Under the pieces are notes generated by a model, which saw only the letters and a program-made list of their open reading frames with translations, was not told the DNA's origin and searched no databases. Source: a bacterium (GTDB lineage Bacteria > UBA8248). From it: a stretch of DNA of 64,000 nucleotides. The stretch's first letter is position 1, and every line of letters starts with the position of its first letter. The stretch lies in NCBI GenBank assembly GCA_965213625.1, contig CBDBZU010000004.1, forward strand, positions 3,840,001 through 3,904,000, written 5' to 3'. The position numbers and the translations under genes are program-made. Below, in pieces: positions 56,745-64,000 of the stretch.

Positions 56745-57686
56745 ATGCCCATCGGAGCCGATTTGTCCGCCCGCTACACTGAGGAAGCCATCGGCGGTCA
56801 CCACCCTACGAAAGCCCGCGTGATCGACCGCCTGGCCCTCGCCGCATTGTTTCCGGACGGAAAAATCAGGGCCAACAGACAACCAATCGAATGCGCGGGC
56901 AGGCTCGACTACGTGAACGCCACCACCCTGGCGTTCAAGCCGACGCTGGGCTCCGCTTACTATCCCGCCGTCGTCAATCCCGTGGCGGGCTGCCACGTGC
57001 CCTTCATCGATGAAGCGTCGGGAGATGTCTATTACGAGGATTTGCCATGGGAGGGAATCTCTATTTCGAACGCGGACCTCGCGGCGGACAGATCCTATGC
57101 AGTCTTCGTCTACGATGACGAAGGCGCGCTCAAGCTCGAGTTCGATAACACGGGAAGCTGGGCGTTCGACGCCGCTACGGGGCTGGCGCACAAAACGGAC
57201 GACATGAGCCGCACCCTCGTCGGAATCGCGAGAACGGACGCCTCATCCCGGTTTGTTCTGGCAAACGACGTGTATGTCCGAAGTTTCTGGAACAAGGCGG
57301 AATACGCCGCGCAGTCCAGAGGAACACTCGCCACCACCCTGTCCACCAACTGGACCTCCGTCGCCACGCACGAAATCCTGATGTGGCCGGGCCACGACGT
57401 CATCCGCCAGGAAGCCGGCGGACAAGGCTGGGTGAATTCGACGTACATTGCGGGTCTGGTGGGCCTGGATATGGATCTCGAACTGTTTGGCGGCACGGGA
57501 CAGGCCTATCCGGAAGTCGAGGTCATCCGCCTCTCGGGCAGCGAGAAAGACAACTTCTCGATTGCGAAGACGCAAATATACACAGGCGCCCTCGCCGAGG
57601 TTCACTCCACGTTCGTCTTTCGCGTGGCGCACCCGACCATCCTGAACATTGGCGACTATCTCTTCCAAAGCGTCGTTTTGATTTAG
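56745..57686 (+). CDS. Phage tail fibre / receptor-binding-like protein
   Basis: AAGGAG RBS; GRLDYV..TTL.F.P and Y.VFVYD..G.L.LE...RTLVG.ART segments resemble tail fibres. Confidence 0.55.
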   Translation: MPIGADLSARYTEEAIGGHHPTKARVIDRLALAALFPDGKIRANRQPIECAGRLDYVNATTLAFKPTLGSAYYPAVVNPVAGCHVPFIDEASGDVYYEDLPWEGISISNADLAADRSYAVFVYDDEGALKLEFDNTGSWAFDAATGLAHKTDDMSRTLVGIARTDASSRFVLANDVYVRSFWNKAEYAAQSRGTLATTLSTNWTSVATHEILMWPGHDVIRQEAGGQGWVNSTYIAGLVGLDMDLELFGGTGQAYPEVEVIRLSGSEKDNFSIAKTQIYTGALAEVHSTFVFRVAHPTILNIGDYLFQSVVLI

Positions 57687-57695
57687 GAGACAGAC

Positions 57696-58391
57696 ATGGA
57701 AATCGAAGTGACCAAAGCCATCGGCCCGCACTTTCGCGACGAACTCGAAGCCGCCAGCCTCGCGCACCTCTACCTCGGCAGCGCGCACCGGCTGAAGCCG
57801 ACCATGACGCCAGACGCCGACTGGGAACCCGGACCCGGCGAGACGGAATCCGCCCGTCCTGAAATCCATGGCCCCGGCCTGGATACGTGGGTCATCAACG
57901 TGGCCGATTCGAGCACCGGGGCGCAGCGAGAAGCCGTTCTCGCCGCTCATGCCGCGCACGCGCCCGGTGGCGTCGCGCAATTCCACCGGAACCAGGCGAA
58001 AGAGAAACTCAACCTGTTCCTGAACGCCGCCAAGGCGCGAATCGTGGGCGTGCCGGTGAGCGCTCTGGGCGGCAAGTTGGCCGAATACGAGGAAAAAGCA
58101 AAGCTCATCGACGCCTGGGCGCAGGATACGGACACCGACAAGCTCGCAAAGCCTGTGTTCTTGCTCATCAAAAACAGGAAAGACGCCTATCCGGCGCGCT
58201 ACGCGACGGGTCAAAGCGTGGTGGATGAGTGGGCGGAGCGCAGAACGGCGCTGCTCGGCAAGCTCGCCTCCCTCGTGAAAATTTACGATGAATGCGTGCG
58301 CGACACCCAGGATGCCGACGTCACAACGAGCGTAGCGTCTCTGGATTCCAGACTTGTAGAAGCCGCATCCTCGTTCGACGCGGTGCGCTGA
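57696..58391 (+). CDS. Tail fibre assembly chaperone-like protein
   Basis: AGGAG RBS; helical segment AAKARI.....G...EYEEK...I.AW, similar to fibre chaperones; follows the fibre gene. Confidence 0.5.
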   Translation: MEIEVTKAIGPHFRDELEAASLAHLYLGSAHRLKPTMTPDADWEPGPGETESARPEIHGPGLDTWVINVADSSTGAQREAVLAAHAAHAPGGVAQFHRNQAKEKLNLFLNAAKARIVGVPVSALGGKLAEYEEKAKLIDAWAQDTDTDKLAKPVFLLIKNRKDAYPARYATGQSVVDEWAERRTALLGKLASLVKIYDECVRDTQDADVTTSVASLDSRLVEAASSFDAVR

Positions 58392-58774
58392 TGGCCGCGG
58401 AAGGCAACGGTAAAGGGCTCCAGATTTTCTTGTCCATCCTGAGCATCGCCGGCCTCGGGGTGGCCGCTTACACCCCGCTCTACAACCAGATCGTGAACGT
58501 GGAGACGCGTCTGGCAGCCCACATGGCCGAGCGGGGCCACCCCTGGCTCTTGGAGAAAAACGCGGGCGCGCGCGTTCGTTTCCAGGAAGTGGAAACCCAG
58601 TTCCGCGAGGCGAAGACGATCGCCGATCTCAAATTCCGTGAACTGAAAACAATTTCCGTGAAAAAAACACGCGAAGACGCGCAAGCCTTTGAACAAATCC
58701 TGCGCCGTCTGCGCGAGGTCGAAACCGCGCTCGCCAGACTCGACGAGCGCCTGAACAAGGAGGGTCGACCATGA
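58391..58774 (+). CDS. Small single-TM coiled-coil protein (holin/XhlA-like?)
   Basis: TGATG coupling; TM segment LQIFLSILSIAGLGVAAY; C-terminal heptads. Confidence 0.5.
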   Translation: MAAEGNGKGLQIFLSILSIAGLGVAAYTPLYNQIVNVETRLAAHMAERGHPWLLEKNAGARVRFQEVETQFREAKTIADLKFRELKTISVKKTREDAQAFEQILRRLREVETALARLDERLNKEGRP

Positions 58775-58893
58775 TTCCACATCTTCTCGCTGTGCTTTTC
58801 TCGGCCGCCGCCGTCTTTTGCACCGTCGCGGCCATCGAACCGCGACTTATCACGAACCACCTGTGGCATTTCATCAACCCCTGGGCGGATTAG
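58771..58893 (+). CDS. 40-aa hydrophobic peptide (absent from the ORF track)
   Basis: AAGGAGG RBS and ATGA overlap; MIPHLLAVLFSAAAVFCTVAAIEPRLITNHLWHFINPWAD. Confidence 0.5.
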   Translation: MIPHLLAVLFSAAAVFCTVAAIEPRLITNHLWHFINPWAD

Positions 58894-58945
58894 CGCGCCC
58901 CCATGCCCATTTGATCCAGCGTCTCGTACATGAGTGGGGAACTTC

Positions 58946-60628
58946 ATGCCTGAGCAAGTCCATACAATTTCGATTACGAAGAAAATCGACCTGAATTCCG
59001 GGAAAAGCCTCAAAGCGCTCGAGCGTTTCACCAAAGCGGCGGGCCAGGCGAGAATCGCCACGGAAAAACTCAACACCGAAACGCGCGGGTCCCGAACTGC
59101 GCTTCAAAAATCGAGCCGTACCTTCGTGAAGTCCTCGGAAAGACTCCGGGGAGTCGGCGTCTCGTCCATGGATGCGGCCGAGGGGATGAACTCCCTGTGG
59201 AAGAATGCGGAACAAGCCGGCGCCCGGCTCGCCTCCGGCCCGCTCGCCAGGGGCCTGGACGAGGTCAAAAGGAAAGCCACGGACCTGCCCGCCTCTTTTC
59301 AGATCGCCGGGAGAGCCGTGACCGACTTTGCCGCGGCTAGCGAGCAAACGCTCACCCGGTTTTTCACGGACGCCCTCAGTGGCAAAATCGACAGCGCCAA
59401 GGATCTGTTCAGCGACCTGAAAAACCACGCCATCGAAACGGTGCGCAACGCCGCCGCCGAGATGGCGAGTACGCACTTCATCAAACCGGTGGTGGGCGCG
59501 CTACAGAATCTGGGGCTGAACCTGCTGGGCGATCTGGGCAAGGGTCTGCTGGGTGTGTTCGGGTTCGCAAAGGGCGGTCTGGTGAAAAAGCCCACCCTGG
59601 GACTCATCGGTGAGGCGGGGCCTGAACTCGTGGTGCCGCTGGCGAAAATCGGCGGCGAGGCGGGGCTCATGCGCCTCTTCCAGTCCGTCTCTGAACTCGA
59701 AGCGGCGAACCGCCTGGGCGGCACGGCAGTCGCCACCGCGGCTGGCGAAAAGGCGAGCGCAGAGCTGGCCTCGCGGATTGCGGCGACGAAAGCGGCGGCG
59801 GCATTGCGAGTCGCCTTTTCGGCGCTGGACTTCCTGAGCGGACCCAAAACATTGAAAACAGGGGCGAATCTGGCCATCAACGTAGCGGGCGCCCTCCCCG
59901 CGCTCGCGGGCGCCACGGGGCTCGCGGCCTTCGGGCCGGCGGCGGGCGCTTTTCTGCTCACAGACGTCTTGTTCAACAAGGGAGGAGCCATCAAGCAAGT
60001 GCTCTCCTTCCTGGGCTTCAAGGGCTTCAGGGACAGGTCAACCCCATTCACCCTGGGGATAGCGAATCTCGCGCAGGCGGGCGGGCTGTATCTCGCGCTC
60101 GAAAAATTCCGCGAAACCGGCGTGGCGGAAGAAGCGCGGCTCCTCTCGCTACCAAAAGCGGTCTACGAAGGCCGGATGAGCGTGGACCCCCCATTGCTGG
60201 AAAAAGCAGGCCTCACGTTTCAGCTCATTCAGCGGGCGGCCGGAAAGGCGGGCATCTCGCCACAGGAAGGGGTGAAACGGTATTTCGGTGGATTGTACGG
60301 CGCCTATAAGAGGGCGCTGCCCGTAGTAGTGGATGAAGGCGACGCGGCGGGGCGTTTCGTCAAGCGCTCAGCACTCAGGCTCGTGGGCGAGTCGGGACCC
60401 GAGCACATCATGAACGTGAACCACCCGCAATCCATCGATTTCTTTCAGCGCGGCGTGCGGCCCATCATCCGCGACGCCATACGCGAAGAGACGGGCGGCG
60501 GCGGGGGCGACACCCACGTCTACCACATTCACATCGAAGGGAACCTGAGCGATAACCGCACGCTGGAGAAGCTCTCGCGCAAGCTCGAAGACATCAACAG
60601 GCGCCGCCGCCGCTACGGGCAGGCCTAG
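58946..60628 (+). CDS. Phage tail tape-measure-like protein
   Basis: Ala/Gly/Leu-rich helical protein with FAKGGLVKKPTLGLIGEAGPELVVPL, a second VGESGPE copy and a GGGG..HVYHIHI terminus. Confidence 0.75.
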   Translation: MPEQVHTISITKKIDLNSGKSLKALERFTKAAGQARIATEKLNTETRGSRTALQKSSRTFVKSSERLRGVGVSSMDAAEGMNSLWKNAEQAGARLASGPLARGLDEVKRKATDLPASFQIAGRAVTDFAAASEQTLTRFFTDALSGKIDSAKDLFSDLKNHAIETVRNAAAEMASTHFIKPVVGALQNLGLNLLGDLGKGLLGVFGFAKGGLVKKPTLGLIGEAGPELVVPLAKIGGEAGLMRLFQSVSELEAANRLGGTAVATAAGEKASAELASRIAATKAAAALRVAFSALDFLSGPKTLKTGANLAINVAGALPALAGATGLAAFGPAAGAFLLTDVLFNKGGAIKQVLSFLGFKGFRDRSTPFTLGIANLAQAGGLYLALEKFRETGVAEEARLLSLPKAVYEGRMSVDPPLLEKAGLTFQLIQRAAGKAGISPQEGVKRYFGGLYGAYKRALPVVVDEGDAAGRFVKRSALRLVGESGPEHIMNVNHPQSIDFFQRGVRPIIRDAIREETGGGGGDTHVYHIHIEGNLSDNRTLEKLSRKLEDINRRRRRYGQA

Positions 60629-60691
60629 GCATTTGCCCGCAATTGCACGCATCCCACCCCTGCATTTCCCCGCAAATTCCCGCATTTCCCC
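60629..60691 (+). repeat. Right direct-repeat copy, within an array of ~10-bp GCAWWTSCCC-like units
   Basis: Units at 60629, 60639, 60649, 60662, 60672 and 60682; starts immediately after the tape-measure stop. Confidence 0.6.
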
Positions 60692-60777
60692 TCGTTAATT
60701 TACGGAAATTTATCGAATAACCCCGTGAATTTATCGATATTTATCGAATTGTTTGGAAACTCTTAAGGTTTCCCGCT

Positions 60778-62040
60778 TCACCCCAGCGGGTCGAGGCCCA
60801 GCACGGCGCGGCGCACGAGTTCCATCCCGTAAATCGGCGCGCGCGATTGCACGAACTGCTCGTTCCCCCCGAAGCTCGACGAGAAGGTGAAGGCGTCGTC
60901 TCCGGTGTCGAGCGCCATGTGGGTGTCGCCCAGGGCGGGCGCGCGGCGGGAATTTTCGGGTTCGATGTTCTCCGGCGGATTGGGGCCGAAGACGGCCAGC
61001 CCTAAGTCGGCGCCGGATTCCTCACGAATTCTCTCCGCGAGCGCTTTTGCGAAATCCTCAGGGCTTGCTCCCGCATCCACGCCGAACATGCGCGCGAGTT
61101 CCTCAGCGTGCAAGCCGACGACGCCGCGCTTTAAGAACTGCACGCGCTCGGGCCAGGCGTTCAGCCGCTGGATCAAAGCCCCGCCCGTGTTCGACTCGAC
61201 GATCGCGATGGTCTTGCCGCTCTGGGCCAGCACACGCGCCAGCGTCTCCTCGAGCGTCGCGTTCCCGGTGGCGTATACGGCCGAGCCGAGAATCTCGCGC
61301 ACCTTCACCTCGAGACCCGCGATCAGGTTGTTCGCCTCTTCGATGTCTTTCGCGCGCGCGGTGATGCGCACGTCCACCTGGCCGGGGTGGGCGAGCACGC
61401 CGATGCTCGGGTTGACCGACTCGCGGAACAGGTCCGATATCATCTCGTCCACGCGCGATTCGCCGAGGCCGCATGTCTTCAAGACCTTCGTGCGGATCAC
61501 CTCTCCCAAATCGAATTTCTCCTGCAGGATGGGCACCGCGCACTGGGTGATGATGTAGCGCATCTCGTGTGGCACGCCCGGGCTCACGATGATGACCCCG
61601 TTTTCGTCCTCGCACATGAAACAAGGCGCCGTTCCGCGCGGGTTCTCGATGGGCGTCGCGCCTTGGGGTATGTAGGCCTGCTTCTTGTTGTTGTCGCTCA
61701 TATGGAAGCCGCGGCGGCTGAAATACGCGCTGATGTAGTCATACAGGTCCTGGCGGAATTCGAGCTCCACGCCCATCACCTTGGCGCAGGCCTCCCGCGT
61801 CAGGTCGTCCACCGTGGGGCCGAGCCCGCCCGTGGTGATGACCACCTGGGAGCGCTCGTGCGCCTGCTTGATGACGCCCGCAATCCTGTCCAGATTGTCG
61901 CCGACGGTAGTCTTGAAAAACATATTGACGCCTATCGACTTGAGCTGGTCTGCGATGAAGGCGCTGTTGGTGTCGATGAGGTCGCCGAGGAGCATCTCGG
62001 TGCCGATGGCGACGATTTCGCCGCGTACAGGTTCCGCCAT
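60778..62040 (-). CDS. cinA: CinA-family protein (MocF-like domain plus degenerate PncC domain)
   Basis: Motifs GTEMLLG..IDTN, GGLGPT.DDLT, PGVP.EM and ESNTGG. Confidence 0.88.
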   Translation of the reverse strand: MAEPVRGEIVAIGTEMLLGDLIDTNSAFIADQLKSIGVNMFFKTTVGDNLDRIAGVIKQAHERSQVVITTGGLGPTVDDLTREACAKVMGVELEFRQDLYDYISAYFSRRGFHMSDNNKKQAYIPQGATPIENPRGTAPCFMCEDENGVIIVSPGVPHEMRYIITQCAVPILQEKFDLGEVIRTKVLKTCGLGESRVDEMISDLFRESVNPSIGVLAHPGQVDVRITARAKDIEEANNLIAGLEVKVREILGSAVYATGNATLEETLARVLAQSGKTIAIVESNTGGALIQRLNAWPERVQFLKRGVVGLHAEELARMFGVDAGASPEDFAKALAERIREESGADLGLAVFGPNPPENIEPENSRRAPALGDTHMALDTGDDAFTFSSSFGGNEQFVQSRAPIYGMELVRRAVLGLDPLG

Positions 62041-62065
62041 GAATGGTTCCTTTATGCAGAAAATC

Positions 62066-62091
62066 AAAAAAAATGACCCCCGTAGGGAGTC
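62066..62091 (-). terminator. Intrinsic terminator in the cinA leader
   Basis: Minus strand GACTCCC-TAC-GGGGGTC-A-TTTTTTTT. Confidence 0.65.
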
Positions 62092-62231
62092 GCATCTTAG
62101 GGGAGCGCTCCCCTACCGACAAGGGCGGGAGACTCAAGGAGGCCGTGTAAGACCCGAGAGGGGACGTGGAAAAACCCTCCTCAGGTGGACTTTGATTCTA
62201 CCCCCCTCACATCAAGTAGCCGACACCCCAA

Positions 62232-62330
62232 ACCCTCACCCTGAGTAGCGGCGAAGCCGCGTATCGAAGGGCTGCCCCGAGCCAGTCCTCTCCCTCGATA
62301 CGGCGCTTCGCGCCTACTCGGGATGAGGGT
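62232..62330. repeat. REP-like palindromic element, copy 2
   Basis: ACCCTCACCCTGAGTAG...CTACTCGGGATGAGGGT. Confidence 0.8.
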
Positions 62331-62343
62331 GGGTATTGTGGGA

Positions 62344-63069
62344 TTATTCCACAAGCCCCGCGAGGGCGAGCCAGCGCTCGAACCAGCGCGCAGCGCGCCG
62401 GTTCAAAGTTTCGAGATGCTCCGGCGCATCGCGTAATATCGCCTCGGGGTCCGCGTCCGAGCGCGGGGAGGCCATATCGCCCTCGAACGCCTCCAGCCAG
62501 GTGGTGATGTCCGCCATCCCGGTTTCCAGGTGAAACTGGAAGGCGTAGGCGCGCGCCCCCCACCGGAACGCCTGGTTCGGGTACCGCGCGGAAGACGCGA
62601 GATGCACCGCGCCCTCAGGAATATCGAACGTATCCCCGTGCCACTGGAATACGGGGAAGGTCGCCTCCTCATCCCCCAGCAGCGGGTCTCCCTGCGCCTC
62701 GGGCGTCAGGTCCACCGGGAACCAGCCGATCTCCTTTTTCTCCTCTCCCGGATACACGCGGGCGCCCAGCGCCGCCGCCATCAATTGCGCGCCCAGGCAG
62801 AGGCCGTAAACGGGAAATCCCGCATGAAGCACCTCGCCCAGGAAACGAAGCTCATCGGCCAGCCAGGGGTATTTCTCAGCCTCGTAAACGCCCATCGGCC
62901 CGCCCAGGACGACAATCGCCTCGGTGTCCTCGAGCTCACCCAAAGAGTGCGGGAGACGCTCCCCCTTGTGGAGGGCCAGGTAGCGCGCGGGAATGCCGCG
63001 CTGCGCGAGCACCTCTTCGAGCAGCGAGAGCCTCTCCACGTCGACATGTTGAAGCGCCAGAACGGACAA
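62344..63069 (-). CDS. Class I glutamine amidotransferase (GMP synthase-like)
   Basis: Motifs LGGPMGVY, GLCLGAQL, WHGD and FQFHLE. TTG start at 63069 after a GAGGA RBS. Confidence 0.88.
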   Translation of the reverse strand: MSVLALQHVDVERLSLLEEVLAQRGIPARYLALHKGERLPHSLGELEDTEAIVVLGGPMGVYEAEKYPWLADELRFLGEVLHAGFPVYGLCLGAQLMAAALGARVYPGEEKKEIGWFPVDLTPEAQGDPLLGDEEATFPVFQWHGDTFDIPEGAVHLASSARYPNQAFRWGARAYAFQFHLETGMADITTWLEAFEGDMASPRSDADPEAILRDAPEHLETLNRRAARWFERWLALAGLVE

Positions 63070-63087
63070 TCGGATATCCTCGTATAA

Positions 63088-63426
63088 GAGGTTGTTGAAA
63101 AGCCTTTGCCAGGAGAGTACCCCCCTTGTCGGGGGCTTATCTTTCATCTCTTCGTCGGGAGGCATTGCCTTTTGCGGGAAGGCCGTTTTCGCGCGAATCC
63201 CCGCCTCCCCTCGTCGCAATCAACCCCCCCTACCCCCCCTTGTCAGGGGTCAAACGCGAGTGAGGAACGAGCGTTTGCATAAGCCATTGATGAGAAACAC
63301 ATCGGTACGCAATTTCTCGCTCATCGCTCGAAATTGACCCCTGACAAGGGGGGGTAGGGGGGGTTGCTTTTCCAGTCGAAAGGGGTGTCCTCTCTACCCC
63401 CGAAAGGAACTTTTTTAACAACCCTC
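63088..63426. mobile_element. MITE-like non-coding element with nested inverted repeats
   Basis: Terminal GAGGTTGTTGAAAAG versus reverse-complement GAGGGTTGTTAAAAAAG; internal perfect 33-bp IR at 63221-63253 / 63334-63366. Confidence 0.55.
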
Positions 63427-63504
63427 AAGGGGAGAAATGTATCTCCTCTCGCGTCTGTCGATTACACACACCGAACCACGTAATCAGGCCTACCCAACAA
63501 CCCC

Positions 63505-64000
63505 CTAAATACCCAGTATCGAAAGCGTCTCCCTCAAATCCTCAATCTCGAAATCGGGCGGCTCACAGCCCTCCGGCACGGGCGCGCCCTTCCTGTTGAG
63601 CCAGGCGCACGGCATGCCCACGCTCTGCGGCCCCGTAACATCGGCATCGAACGTATCGCCCACGAAGAGCACTTCACCAGGCGCAACACCCAGTTCTTCG
63701 GCCACTTTTAGAAACAGCGACGCCGCCGGCTTCCGGAAACCCTCATCCTCCGAGATATGCACTGTATCGAAATACGGCGTAATGCCCCTTTTGTCGATAA
63801 TCCGCCTGGCGGTGGGCGCATGGTCGAAATTGCTCAGGAGCGCTATCGGCAAACCGGCTTCTTTTATCCGCCCCAGCACGTCGAGGCGGTCCGTATCGAA
63901 GACGACGGAACTCTCGATGCCGTACATGTGGGCGTTCAGGGCCGTCAGGGCGGCCCGCTCCCTGTCTTGTGCGGGAATCGACACCAGAAGCGCCATAAGA
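63505..64000 (-). CDS. HAD-superfamily hydrolase (5' end outside window)
   Basis: Motifs LSNFD, KP...F, FVGD...DV.G...GM. Confidence 0.85.
   Translation of the reverse strand, partial: LMALLVSIPAQDRERAALTALNAHMYGIESSVVFDTDRLDVLGRIKEAGLPIALLSNFDHAPTARRIIDKRGITPYFDTVHISEDEGFRKPAASLFLKVAEELGVAPGEVLFVGDTFDADVTGPQSVGMPCAWLNRKGAPVPEGCEPPDFEIEDLRETLSILGI

Noticed and set aside
58655-58672. A7 run upstream of the tape-measure gene as a gpG/GT-type -1 frameshift
   Set aside because: Not in the X-XXY-YYZ phase, and the ORF has a TM helix unlike tail assembly chaperones.
62075-62120. Plus-strand resemblance (CCCCGTAGG...AGCG...CCTAC) to the NAD+-I (nadA) riboswitch, and a glycine-riboswitch-like look further right
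   Set aside because: Wrong strand relative to cinA, no downstream plus-strand gene, and incomplete consensus.

Overview
A 64 kb stretch of a Gram-negative bacterial chromosome. The gene order lysS-lolE-lolD-clpC-bamA-skp-lpxD suggests a Nitrospinota/Nitrospirota/delta-proteobacteria-adjacent lineage, but this is inference only. Most of the window is housekeeping: an LPS, lipid A and outer-membrane supercluster (1-21 kb), lysS-prfB-lnt-uvrC-uvrB, PBP1A, ftsY-smc-rnc, the rpmF-plsX-fab cluster, ppx, a gamma-carbonic anhydrase, an M23 peptidase, cinA, a GATase and a HAD hydrolase. Two accessory regions interrupt it. (1) At ~29.9-36.2 kb is a surface-protein island: an inverse autotransporter, two poly-Gly lipoproteins whose C-termini are cut by in-frame amber stops, a palindromic repeat and an IS256 remnant. 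(2) At ~53.8-60.7 kb is an intact, tightly packed 7-ORF phage tail-tip cassette with no capsid, terminase, tube, sheath or integrase. Its tape-measure gene sits last, and it is bounded by an 18-bp imperfect direct repeat; circularisation there would restore the canonical siphophage gene order. This is the best candidate for an undescribed system. Other signals are an attenuator-like structured leader upstream of cinA, a probable CTG start for rnc, the prfB +1 frameshift and several palindromic or MITE-like elements. All calls rest on motif recognition by eye; no searches were run.
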